From: Octopus vulgaris
Lineage: Eukaryota
Direction of reading: 5' to 3'
Length of the DNA stretch: 64,000 nucleotides
Assembly: GCA_951406725.2 (NCBI GenBank)
Contig: OX597835.1
Coordinates: forward strand, 15,686,001-15,750,000
Of this stretch, positions 14,265-28,300 are shown piece by piece; within the stretch, counting starts at the first letter, position 1; every line of letters starts with the position of its first letter. Made by a program: the position numbers and the translations under genes. The notes below the pieces were generated by a model, which saw only the letters and a program-made list of their open reading frames with translations, was not told the origin of the DNA and did not search any database.

Positions 14265-14760
14265 GTAATAATAATCTTTTCTACTCAAGGCACAAGGCTT
14301 GAAAATAATAATAATCCTTCCTGCTACTAGACACAAAAAATTTGACAGGAGGGGAATAATTAATTACAGTGCTTGATTGGTGCTTACTTTATTGATCCTG
14401 AAAAGATAAAAAGGCAATGTTGGCTTCTGCAGAATCTGAACTCAGAATGTGGAGACGGACAAAATGCTGCTCACCATTTTATCCATCATGCCAATGATTT
14501 TGCCAGCTCACTGCTTCCTTAATAATAATAATAATAATAATAAGGATAATGATCCTGTCTATTGTAGGCACAAGGCTTGAAATTTAGGGGGAGGGGGCCA
14601 GTTGATTAGATCAAACCCGGTACACAACTGGTACTTAATTTATCGACCCCGAAAGGATGAAAGGCAGTCGACCTCAGTGGAATTTGAACTAAGAACGTAA
14701 CGACGCGCAAAATACCGTTAAGCATTTCATCCAGCGTGTTAATTCTGCCAGTTCGCCGCC

Positions 14761-14796
<36 letters not shown>

Positions 14797-15455
14797 GATG
14801 CAGTACCAGGCAGTGGCTCTCATGGCTTCTGATCTTAACTGATTGGAAGTGTTATCATGTACATTGTTTTGTCTTGGTATAAAAGATGGGCTACAGCAAA
14901 TATTCTGCTCAATACCACAGATTTGCTTGTCAGTTGTTTGACCTTAACCAGTTGAGCATGTCCCTTAGTGGTTGACGATATGTGCATCTCTGATCACGAG
15001 CAGAAGTAGTGGGGGAGCATCATAGCCATGTGTTGAGAGGGATTCTTTGGGATTTGAATAATTCACCTCTGGAAACATGGGTGGTTCGTTCAACATCCTT
15101 AAAGAACCCTTATTCAGGGACCTTTTGAGTGGGATGGGCCACTCAACCTGAAGAAAATTCTAACTGGGCCCCACCTGCAAGGTCATGTGCTGTTTATCTT
15201 GATATGAGATCACCATGTCGCGCACATATGGTTGTGTTGCATGTGCCTGGTGTACTCTTATCAGACAGGTAGTCGTGATGGGTTTATTGGGCTTCGTATA
15301 TTTTAACCCATGTCATTTTGATGGCATGCACTGCTCTCTCACTCAATAATAATAATAATAATAATAAATTTACTTATCACTAAAAGTTACCAAAAAAAAA
15401 AACATCAGGGATGGTACAGGACAATAAAATGTGGAAGTACATAAATAGAAGCGTA

Positions 15456-15490
<35 letters not shown>

Positions 15491-17889
15491 TAATAATAAT
15501 AATGTATTTTGGCTGAAAACACAACTGTGTATTGATTGAAACCTGTGACTCATTGTTATCAATTTTAATGATCACATTTTCATTATGTATTTAATAGATC
15601 CAAAGTACAAATTTTTTATTAAAAAAGCAACTTCTTTTAGGGCTTGTCATTATCTTAATTGAAAGAACTAACTTTCTACGGTTTTTCTCTGTCTCCTGCC
15701 AGGTCCTTGTTGAGCTGCTACTTTTACATTCCTCAGAATCTAACATAATTACTTTCATCTTAACATGTTTACTCTCTCTCTCACCTTGTTCTCTCTCTCT
15801 CTGTCTCTCTCTTTCTCTATCTCTCTCTCTGTCTGTCTGTCTGTCTCTCTCTATCTTGTTCCTGTTGTTTCACATTATTTGCTCTCATTACTTTCATTCT
15901 ACAGCCATAAGTATCATTTCGCCCTCTTACACGTATCATATAACTTGTCCTTCTTCTAACTGCGATTATCTTTCTGAAATCAACAGTTAACAGTTCCCCA
16001 ACCTCTTCAAGTAATTAACACTTCAAGACACACACTCACCAATTTTATTTAAGCAATAAAACAAGGGGAAAATAAAATGCCTGGAATTGCAAACAAATGC
16101 AGTGTGTTTCAACAAAGAAATGGTGATAAAAAATGTTAATGATCTGCTTGGTGTTACTACTAATTATAAACAGTTACTATGGAGATGCCACCCTTCAAAC
16201 CGATTTAACTTTCCCCACATGCATCATCCTAATGCACCCTAGATGCTGAACATGTACCAATTCTCTTAACTGACTCCTTGAAAACTTCCCTTGATGGAGA
16301 TATATGATCACTTCGTCTCCCTCAACAGCACCAAAATGTTACCACAACACATAACTTGACAATCTCTCTCTCTCTCTTTTATGCACACACATCAATCATT
16401 ACCAGAATTATATCCAAAAGGCCGAGTTTCCTTTACAGAGCTACAAAATGCTTCAGTCCTGATCAGTTGCCAGCCTTCACTTTAAGCAGCCCACGCTAGA
16501 GTTCTGCTGCTCTAATGCGCCAGACATTCTAAACTGCAGTTAAAAACTTGCCATAACTACTTAACCTACTCATATACTTTCTTTTCTGCGCCTCAAAAGC
16601 TGCTGCCTCTCATTTAGGAAGCGGGATACCACCTCTATCTCCTCTCATTGCTCCTATTCTTGACACATTCACTGAATTGCATCCTGCAGACTCTGCATTA
16701 GACTTTCTACCCTAATTATTCCTCCTTGATTTATATATATTTTCTGGAATTGCTTCCTGCCCCTATTTTTCCCCACAGGTGTTGATTTGCAGAACCTCAA
16801 ATTCAACATCCACTGTGTCAGTCTCACCAGTTTGAGTAAACCTGCATTCCATCCTCCAACCATTCAACAAAGAGAAAAAAAACGAATTCTATTCTTAATT
16901 CTTGCTAACCACTGACTAATGCAATTTTTTCCTTCATTTAATATTTAATTCCGCATTCAAACGCTGTTTTAAACTTGTATTCTCTGTTAAAATTTCCATT
17001 ATTTCTTAAATTAAGTTTAACTGAAATTTGATTCAATTATATTTATTTCATTTCTGAAACAAAGGAACAATTTTTTGATGAAGAAGACACTTCTCTGGAG
17101 CTTTTTGCAAAATATTTTGAGCCAATGAAATATTAAAAAAAAAAATTTTTAGTAACGTTTGACTTAACATTCAGGAAAAATTTGAGCATTTAGCTGAATT
17201 CTCATTTGTTGCATTAGAATTTTCTTCCAAATTTTGTATTCAGTTTTAACAGTAAAATCCCTAAAAAGGCTCTCTGAGAAGCAGCTGTATAAAATGAACC
17301 TTTTATGGAAGAACAGCAATGGAAAATTAACTTTTGTAGAAGAGAATTAAATGGAAGTAACAAGAGAAGAAATATCTACACAGACTTAAGAATTGTCGAC
17401 TTTTACTACTTTTACAAGAATGAAAAGATTGAAACGCAATGAATCAGTGACAAGAAACTATGTTCTCAATAAGCGTTTGTACCTTAGAACCAAATTATGA
17501 TTGAAGATTTTTGTAAAAAATCAGTAACTAGATTGATTGATTGTGACAGTCTTTGGAATCTAATTTTTGTTGGTAACTATTGGTTGTGGGAAGAACATTG
17601 CAAATCTTCTGCTTTTACTAACAGCAAAGATAATCCTTTTTGCAAAGGGTCAGATAGAACAATGCTCTCTCTTTTCTCTCTCTCTCTCTCTCTCTCATGC
17701 ACACGCATTATAAAATTTTGTATTGACTGAAACTTCAAATTCCACGTAAATGGTTTATTCCTGCTTGGTGATGCTTGGTCACACTCAGTGTGAACTTTAT
17801 ACTAAATTTGACTCTACTCTTAATATTGAGCCACTCCATCAATAAATGTTCCATTGTTATTCTTAAACTGACTTTAAAATAGCACACAT

Positions 17890-17924
<35 letters not shown>

Positions 17925-20900
17925 CACGTGTGTGTGTTTTGTACAATATATATAAAGGTGTTGGCAGTATTTTTGGAAAAGTGGAGGGATGCTTAATCGG
18001 TTAAATCTCCAATCTGGATATCTCAGCCATTTACTGTTGCATTTGTAACATCCCGTTGTTGAAAGTAATGTCTCAAGTTGAGACACATTTGTAGTTGGTA
18101 AAATATAAATAACTGCTCAAGTCTAAACTATTTTTGACTTAGAAAAGAAACCTCCGTTTCATTATTATTATTATGCTTGAGACATTCAAATACTAAAACT
18201 GCTTAAAGATTGAAGGATTTCATAGTATAAAATGAATAAATGGCACATTGATAGATTTATAGCAAATCAACTTAAAACTACTGAAAATTTTTACAAAAAC
18301 TATAAAATAGAATGCCGTCTGTTGTTTAATTCTTTTGCTATCGACCTTCCCGAAGCTGCCATTGGTTTCTCTGACACAAAATTCTTATCTTAACTCTTTA
18401 GCATTTAGACTGGCTGTATCTAGGTTACATATTCTACCTGCTTTATGTTCAAACTGGCCAGACCTGGCCTCTCACAACTACTCTGTGATATTATTCTTAA
18501 AATAAATAATCGCATCTTTGAAATCTCAGATACAAGATAATTAATATATGATTAGTTCTAAAAAAAAAAAATATGCATAAATTAGCATCACATTTGATGA
18601 AGTAATCCGAATGCTAAAGAATTAAAGTGATTTAAACTAAAATCTTATATCAAAATTCTGTGTTACTTTATGTTCCAAACACTAGCTTTTAATAACGACA
18701 AAATTATTTTACTAAATTTGTCATTAACTTAATTTGGTTAAAACAAAGTTGGTGTGGTTGTATACTGTTAACTTAACGTGACAGTCCTGTAAGGAAATTA
18801 CACCACCGCTGTTTAGCCCTAGGAAGCATCGATGCTTCCTGTCAGCCTCGACATGGCCGACAGAAAGCGTTGATGCTTCCTAGGGCTAAAAAGCGGTAGT
18901 CTAATTCCTTACAGGACTGTCACGTTAAGTTGACAGTATACAACCACTCTATCGCTCCACCACCGTACATATCTCTATGAGATATTTAGAAATTTAATAT
19001 TTCTGAAAGTTGGTGTATTTCAATGGAAAGATAACTAAATGCTTCAGATTCTCTCCATGGGCATATTTTTAGTGAAAGAAAACATTCTCTTGAGAAAAAA
19101 AAAAGTACTTGATAGAAGGAAGCAATTAATGTTTTTAAAGAATATTTAAAACTAGTCAAATGAAAAAATATTTACGTACAGTTTCAACATTTAGGCTTTT
19201 GTTGATTGTACTTCAATCTTTAACTCAATATATTTTCACTTTAACACTTGGCATTTTAGATTTTTATTTTAGAGTACTGCTTGGTTTTTAGCCCAAGTAA
19301 GGTTTAACAACAGGGAGGGCATCCAGCTGTAAAATGATGCAGGTATAAATATTTATAATCAGTTTAACTCTTCTTAGCTTGAGGGGTGGGGGACAGATAT
19401 AAAAGCCAGTGAACATTACTACATTAAAATCACATGTGGCAAATTACCACCTTCAGATAGATTGACTGCAAACTGTAAAACTATAACACTTGGTCTACAA
19501 GCACAAAGTTAGCAAGGAAAATGTGTGCACTTGTACATTTTATACACACTCATTTATAAACATCATCATCCTCATTTAACATTCATTTAAATGATGATGG
19601 TGTATATCTGTATATTACACACACACACACACACAAATACAGACACATATGCACATTGCAGTGTGTGTGTTTCTGGATATAAAGATGGGAAAACAAACAA
19701 ACAAAAAAACTTATGATGAAGTTTCACCCCTTAAAATGTAAAGATTGCCAAAAATTCTGATAAATTGTTGTATTTAACGTTGTCATAGTTTTGTATTTTA
19801 AGTGAATGTGTTGAAAGCTCAGGTTTATATTATGCTTGTTCAATTTGTACTTTCAGGAAGAAAGCACTGCAGCAAATGTCCCAAACAGTAGTGTACACAA
19901 GGCCATACAGCAGTTGGCCACGAAGTACTGTATCGAATGCAAATCATCATTTGATGAGCTCAGTAAAATCATTCAGGTATTTTGCCTCCCTCCCTCTGTC
20001 TGTGTCTCTCTCTCCCTCTCGCCTTTCTTTCTGTCTCTCTCCCTCTTCTCTTCCCCCCTTTATTATTTTCAAGTTTTCCCACTCACTAGTGTGTCATTAA
20101 CGGTCCTCTTGAAATGTTGCAAGGCAACACTAGTAGGAAAGACATGATCCAGGAGGGAATTTCCAGAGAGCCAATAATCGCAGTGCATCATGTTTGTAAT
20201 TAAGCAAGACACTTCATTTCATGTCACTCTAGTCCACTCAGCAGTTGACGAGGAGTAACCCTGCAACAGACTAGCATCCCATTTAGAGCATTACAAGAGG
20301 CTGTGTAGGGGCTTCTTGCACAGGCCCAAACTTTAAGCAAGAGCATCACACAAAGGAGATTGTTGTTGTCAGCTCCATATTAGCTGTGAATTGACTTAAA
20401 ATCAAAGTGTTTCCGACTCTTAATTATCCCCTCTTTGTGTGTATCTTAGATTACTTTATCCATTGAGTTCCCTACTTGAGCTTTTTAAAGTGGCAATATC
20501 TGCCGGGGGGATGAAGTATTTCCTGAACTTGAAGAAAAAGGGCTGGTTATTGGATGAAGTGTGTTAGAAGGAAATATGGCTGCAACTATTTCTAGCTGGT
20601 CATGTACCTGCCCAGGGATTTCTTCCTTTACATGTGCACAGGGAAGGTTAATCAAATGTGGAAGAGTATTTACTCTGAAGCCGCACACACACACCTATTT
20701 TAAAATCTGTATTTTTTATCAATGGTCATCTGTGTTTCCCCTTTTAATTTCTCTAATAGAAAGTACTTGCCTGCCGTAAGGAGCTTGTTGATTATGATCG
20801 TCAACAGAAAGAAGCTGTTTTAAGTGGTGTGGCCAGTGACTCACCGATTACAAGTCCGCAAGGAAGTGTGACGAGTTTAATGCACCAGTCACACCCTTCA

Positions 20901-23900
20901 ATGTCATCTTCCATACACAAAGCAAGAGATAGGTAAAAAAAAATTTTTTTTATTTTATATTTTAATATTTATTGTAAAATATTTGTTGAAATCTTTCCAG
21001 ATTTCATACACCTAATTTTTCTTTATATTACATTATGAAGCGACAGATACATATGTTCATGAAAATGTTGAGGGTTTTTTTTATACCCCCCCCCAACATG
21101 TTTTTCATATTTCTTTGTGTTCACTAATCTGGATAACAATTACTTGAAACATTTAATTATATGCATTTACCCATCTCCTAACATGCTTGAAAAAACAAAT
21201 TACATTTTCCTCAAATGCCTTTTTGGCATCAAACATCCTGCTTAATCCCCTGGTGAATTAACTAAATATATTTCTTAAGTGGAGGTGCAATGGCCCAGTG
21301 GTTAGGGAAGCGGACTCGCGGTTGTAGGATTGCGGTTTCGATTCCCAGACCGGGCGTTGTGTGTTTATTGAGCAAAAACACCTAAAGCCCCACGAGGCTC
21401 CGGCAGGGGGTGGTGGCGGTCCCTGCTGTACTCTTTCGCCACAACTTTCTCTCACTCTTTCTTCTGTTGGCCTGCTCGCTTAGCCAGCGGGGTGGCGTCA
21501 TTTTAAGGCTAAGACAATGCGCAGCGCATTGTGACCAGCGATGTGTAGCAACATCTGATGGCCTGGTCGGTCACGGTGATATTTCTTAAATAATTATAAT
21601 AGTATGAAATGTTGTCAAACAATTACTTGAGCATTTCTTTTGTCTTTTTCCTGCCATTTCCCAATTGCATTTTGTAATAAATCGTTATGAATTCTTTATT
21701 ATTGCATTGTGTAATAAACTCTTTGTTATTGGTTTGTTTGTCTTTTAGTCATCGACCATCAACTTGCTATGGTTGTGCCAGTGCTGCTGTCAGCCACTGC
21801 ATCACATTACTGAGAGCTCTTGTCACTAATGCAACAATGAGGCAGATTTTGTGTAGCCAGGTAGATTATTTTTGTCTTCTTTATTTTGTACCAGATCGAA
21901 AACAATAACCGTTCGTAAAAACTGTTTATGAAAGAAGTTTTCCATTTCAAGAAAATATTACTTTTTTTTAAATATTTTTCAAAGTTATATTTGGTTTGAT
22001 GAGCGACTCCTCTATCTGAGGCCTGTGTAGTAACTGAAATGGTTACATTGTGGAAGGGTCATTGTAGCTATTTACTTACATGTCCCTTCACTCGCTATGG
22101 AGCATAAGCCATTCATGACTTTTCTCCACTGTCAGCTGTCAGGTCTTCATCTTCTGATGAGAGAGGGCCATATGTTTCTTTGTGGAAAGGCCTTCCCTGG
22201 CCTTTTTTGGTTTTGAATTGTCATTGCTGCTACTGTAACTTGGCTTTTTTTCTTTTCTCAATGGGGTTAAATGACAAGAGGAATATCTGATTTGTTATAT
22301 TCACCATTTGAATAATCAAAACTGTAGTTTTTGTTTTATAGTTCTATCATTAATATGTCAGCCTTGCACCATTTGTAATCGTGTAATATTGCCTCCTCAG
22401 GGAATGATTAAAGAACTGATTGATTACAATCTACGCCGAGGTACTCTGAGTGTACGCAATGAGGTCCGATCCCTTTTGTGTCTTCTTACACGAGATAACC
22501 GCCGAGCTACAGAAGAAATGAACAACTTACTTATGACCAGAATAGCTTCAGCTATGAATGCATACCTTTCAAACCCTGATTTGGTACGTATTTAAATTCA
22601 TTTATTTGTAATGAAAACAAATTGAAATAAAATTTTTAGTGAGTGAAATTTTTCCCTGTTGACTTTTGTTCTCAGAACTTTTGATTCTTCAATGATAAAA
22701 GATATATTCTCATTAAAAGAAACTTTGTCATTGCTTTCACATCCACTTCTTGCTTGCATGGGTTGGACAGTTTATTGAGGCAGATATTCTATGGCCCTTA
22801 CCTGTTTCCAAGCAAGTTAATACATCTCCATGGTTCCCACATTTTCACAGAATATTGGAAAGGAATGACGCTGCTTGTATGACAGTGGTACTCGTTTACA
22901 ACTACCATGGAATGTCAAGACAAAGACATACATTCACACACACACACACACTCACTCACTCAAACACACACACACACACACACATGAATATATACAAACA
23001 AAATCATATGCTTGTATGACAGGCTTCTTTCAGTTTCCTTCTACCATATCCTCTCAAAAGGTTTTAGTTGGCCCAGGGCTATAATGGAAAGCACTTGCTT
23101 TTGGTGCCACACAGTGGGACTGAACCCGAAACTAAATGATTGTGAAGCAAGCTTCTTACCCACACAGCCATGCCTGCGCACATAATTTTTAAGTAATTGT
23201 CTCAAATAAATTTATTAAATATTTAACAAAATTCTCAAATTTTTTTTTCCATTTTTATATGAAATATGCCTCATTGCATTTTTATCTTATTAGAAATATT
23301 CCTTATGAATTAGGTTTCAACCTGTTGACATCCATTTATTCTTTAAAAATATTTACCCTGTTCGGTTATCATCAAATCGTTTATACCATGTAAGTTCTGA
23401 TTGTCAGGTGATAATTAGAATTGCTCTCAAGGCTGACGAACATTCTTCTCTTTTAATGTTTTACAATTTTATTTTTAGGGCTCTTCGGTGCGCCATGAAA
23501 TCCTGTTACTAGCAAGTTCGGTTCAACAAGAAGATTCTTGTTGGGAGCAAAGAGTACGCTGTGGTAAGTTCCCTTCTATTTTCCTTTTCTTTTCATCCGA
23601 ACATGGCCGTTGCCAGCGCCGCCTTGGCTGGCTTCCGTGCCGGTGGCATGTTAAAAGCTCCAACCGATCGTGGCCGATGCCGGACCCCCCTGGTACCTGT
23701 GCAGGTGGCACGTAAAAAGCACCCACTACACTCGCGGAGTGGTTGGCGTTAGGAAGGGCATCCAGCTGTAGAAACTCTGCCAGATCAGACTGGAGCCTGG
23801 TGCAGCCCTCTGGCTTCCCAGGCCTCGGTCGAACCGTCCAACCCGTGCTAGCGCGGAAAACGGACGTTAAACGATGATGAATTCCTGCCAGAGATTCCAT

Positions 23901-25333
23901 TCTCCTTTTCACTGTCATCAGCCCCATGTGAAGGTGATTGCCTCAGTGGTTAGAGCATTGGGCTCGCAATCATGAGGTAGTGAGTTCGATTCCCAGACCA
24001 GGCTGTGTGTTGTGTTCTTGAGCAAGACACTTTATTTCATGTTGCTCCAATTCACTCAGCTGTAGGAATGAGTTTGCGACGTCACTGGTGCCAAACTCCG
24101 TTGTATCAGCCTTTGCCTTTCCCTTGGATAACATCGGTGGCATGGGTGACTGCTGGTCTTCCATAAACAACCTTGCCTGAACTTGTGCCTTGGAGGGGAA
24201 CCTTCTAGGTGCAATCCCAAGGCCATTCCTGACCAAAAGGGGTTTTTGCTTTAGTCTCCATGTAGCATGATGAGTGTTCTTGTTTTTTTTTTTTTTTCTT
24301 CTTCTTCTCAGCCTCAACAGTAAAGATTGTAGTTTCAATCAATGAATGAATTTCGTTATTATTTCCTTCTCCTTACTCTTGATTCCTTTTCTTAAACAAC
24401 TGGAATTAAATTATCCAAATCTTAACCAATTTCCTGTTTTTATATTCTTGCCAGTGTCTGCCTGTGTGACTGAGATGTTTTTCCTTTCCTTTACTTTTCA
24501 GTGATGCGCCTCTTTCTCATGGGGATGCAACTAAAGAGTCCTCTGGTGATGGAAAGCATTACTTTGCCTTGTTTGAAAATTATTCAACATCTTGTAAAAT
24601 CCGATGGTCAGTCAAAACGTGGGAAGGTAATTTAGCTTACTAGAAACCATTTCTCTCCTTTGCTTCATTTCTGGAAATTTTTCTATGTTGTACACCATTC
24701 CTTCCTTATGTACAAGTATATAATTAATATTTTTTTCTGTGTCCCTTTCTGTAGAAGAGCATAGGCTCGAAACATAAAAGACTTTTTCTATTCCTGAGCG
24801 TTATACTAATACATCTGTTTGTTTTGTACACCACCTGTCTTCATCTTTTGTTTTTTTTCGTAAAATCTCCATATATGATTAATATGTATTATTAAAATAC
24901 ATTGTTATTTGTCATTTTTGTTTTGCTTCCACTATTACAGGAAAAAGACACCAATTCTTCAGATATCCGGTTGATGCCGAGTGGCATCCATATGAATGCC
25001 AAGTCGTGGTTAGCTGGTGATCCAAAGTTTTGCTTCCAGAATTGGAGACGTTACCTTCCCAAAAGAAATGACAAAGGTTATTGTTATATTTTATGTTGGG
25101 CGACTTTATACAAATTACTGAAGGCCTAATTAATTTAACAAATATATTTATTTAGAAAGCTTATATAATTAGCGCAGGAGTGGCTGTGTGGTAAGTAGCT
25201 TGCAAACCAACTACATGGTTCCGGGTTCAGTCCCATTGCGTGGCATCTTGGGCAAGTGTCTTCTGCTATAGCCCCGGGCCGACCAATGCCTTGTGAGTGA
25301 ATTTGATAGACGGAAACTGAAAGAAGCCTGTCG

Positions 25334-25366
<33 letters not shown>

Positions 25367-28300
25367 CTGTGTTTGTCCCCCTAGCATTGCTTGACACCCG
25401 ATGCTGGTATGTTTACATCCCCATCACTTAGCGGTTTGGCAAATGAGACTGATAGAATAAGTACTGGGCTTACAAAGAATAAGTCCCGGGGTCGATTTGC
25501 TCGACTAAAGGCGGTGCTCCAGCATGGCCGCAGTCAAATGACTGAAACAAGTAAAAGAGTAATTAATTTAGAAAGTTTATATAATGAAACCTTTTTGACT
25601 GTCCTGTGTATCTCATACGATACACAGGGCATAATTCCCTGGCATTGGGTGTTTAGGACAAACTTCTGAAAATACTTTGGACAGGCAAAATGTTAAAGGC
25701 AGTTTATTGGCAGTCATTAAAGCATTGAGTAGAATGCCTTGTGGTATTTCTCCTGACACTGCACTCTGTGTTCAAATCTCACTGAGGCTGGCTTTGCCAT
25801 TCTTTCAGGGTTTACTAAAAATGCATCAATCCAGGGCAGTGTTTTGGTGGAACAGTAAGAATGCCGGACTTAGAGGTGTCAGGAAAGAAGCACTGCAGCA
25901 TCTGCTCTGGCACCTTGTGCTTTGAAACCTACACCTACCACAAAACTGGATAAATATCATCATCATTTAATATCTGTTTTCCATGCTGGCATGGGTTGAA
26001 TGGTTTAACTGAAAACTGCTAAGCTGGGGAGCTGCACCAGTGTAAACACACCCCAGTGTCACACAAATGGCACCCATACTGATGGCACATAAAAGCACCC
26101 ATTACACTCTTGGAATGGTTGGCATTAAGAAGAGTATCCAACTGTAGAAAACCATACCAAATCAGATGGGTGTCTGGTGCAGCCTTCCAGCGTGCCAGTC
26201 CAGTCAACCTGTCCAACCCATGCCAGCATGGACAATAGATGTTAAATGATGATGATGATGATGACACACTGACATATATATAATATACACACACATACAG
26301 ATGCATATATAGTACAAGGGAGTGCTGCAAAGTTCCTGGCTGTAAGGGTATCGCGAAAGGCCTGGTTGGAGGCCCAGCCTTCTGAGTTCTTTTACAGGGC
26401 TTAGGAAAACTGAAGGACTGCTACAATAAGTGTGAATCTGAGAGGGGGAATATGTTAAGTAGAATCATAATTAACTGATCCTCCTGTGTTTTCATTTACC
26501 CAAAACCAGGAACTTTGCAGCAGCCCCTTATATACACACACACTCTTAAGATTTTTGTTTAGCATGTTTACCTGCGTCAAAAAAAATATTAGTAAAAGTA
26601 ATTACCAAATTCAGTACTTCTTGTATGAAATTTGCTCTGGGTTTTTTATAAAATACACACTATTCATTTTGCAGATAATTGCACAGTAGAGTTAGCTTGT
26701 ACATGTTCTGTTAATTATTTAAGAATTAGATTTTGAAATTTAATTCCGGTATCTTTGTTTCTTTGTAGTTTGCCTGTTTTTACCAAAGTTTCTCCTTTTT
26801 ATTTTTCATTTGTTTAGCCTCACCAGAAACTTCAAAAAAGAAGAAAGAAGAAAAAAATGAAATCCGATCCCGTTATTTAATGGAAAAATATGGTCAGCGA
26901 TGGTTACTCAAAATGTGGAAGATGCCTTGCCTTCAGCTTCATTTATCTCAAAGCTCCTGGCTTCGTCAAGCTATGTTTTGCACATCTTCACGTCTGGCAC
27001 GTAATACTGCCTGTGCAATTATCTCATCTATATGCCAAGTTCCAAACCGCAGAAAACAAATGATAGATTTATTAACCACGTAAGCATTTTACATTCCATT
27101 TTTGCAATATAATTGAAGCCAAAATGTAGTTCCACTTGTTTAAAAATTGTTTTGAAATTTATTATTTATATTGATGTTTCTGAAGCCTTATGGGAAATTT
27201 AGAATCTGCTGAGATATTTTAACCCTTTCGTTACTGTATTTATTTTGAGATGCTCTGTGTTTTCTTTCAATTACTTTAAATATAACAAAGAATTTAGTAA
27301 AATAACTTAGTTATCATTCAGCTAGTGTTAGGGACATAAATTGTGACTAAGGTTTTTGTGGAAGGTTTTAATTTAAAACTTATAAAAACAAGACATTTGT
27401 ACTCAGAACCAGAGCTGGTTTCAGCCGGGTTGGTAACAAAAGGGTTAATGTAAATTTGTGACTTAAACCATTTTGAAAGCAGCCTGCCCAAGACAGCCCT
27501 TTGGGTCTTTCAATGTTAAAACCTTCCTATTTTAAACTGACATAAATTAAAACTTTCTATTGATATGTCGTTTTATGTTCCAAACGCCAGCATATGATGG
27601 TCAAATTATTTTTATGAAATTCTTCATTATTTTCAAAATGAATTGGAACAAAAGCAATATATTTCCCAAAAAGTATGTTGATAAAAGTGTCAACCCTTTT
27701 TTACTTAAGATGCCCCTTGGTTTTATGAAACAGTCTTGCTGTTTTAGAGTGATATAAATTAAAACTTTCCATCAAAACGTTAATTTATGTTCTAAATACC
27801 AATTTGATAATGTCTGTTATTTAACTAAATTCTTCAATTTCAAACTTAACTGAAACAAAGGGTTTTAAAGAAAAGAAAGAGGGATCGTTTTTATTTTGCA
27901 GTTAATAAGCTTTTGCTTTTATATAGTTTTAAAATGTCTTGAAAATACATGAATTTTTTTAATTGATGTTTCATTAAATCCTTTATTTCGACACTCTATT
28001 GTTTGTTTACCTCTCTATTGTTTATTTTGCTGTTGCAGTTACCTTGATGACATTGGTAAAAGTGGAGAGTGTGCCTCTGAATTTCTGATGGTCTATCGAC
28101 GTCTAATCACTCCTATTCATTGGAAATATTATCTCACCATTAAAGGAATTCTTTTTCATCTTGGCCATCTTCTAACTAATGTAATTACAAACAACAATTA
28201 ATTGCTCTTCATTTATTTATTGTTTTTACTTAGCTATATTTGTCAGTATCTCAGCCTCATGTCATTGGCTTTAGCCAATTGAGGTTGTATGGTGGTTGAA

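Noticed and set aside
15703-15960. Acceptor-like ctgccag followed by an open frame in the long intron
   Set aside because: Runs into a (CT)n microsatellite with low-complexity translation and no clear donor.
21279-21360. Possible tRNA gene
   Set aside because: A and B boxes are present, but it continues into a SINE body with TSDs and no clean acceptor stem is evident; SINE head.
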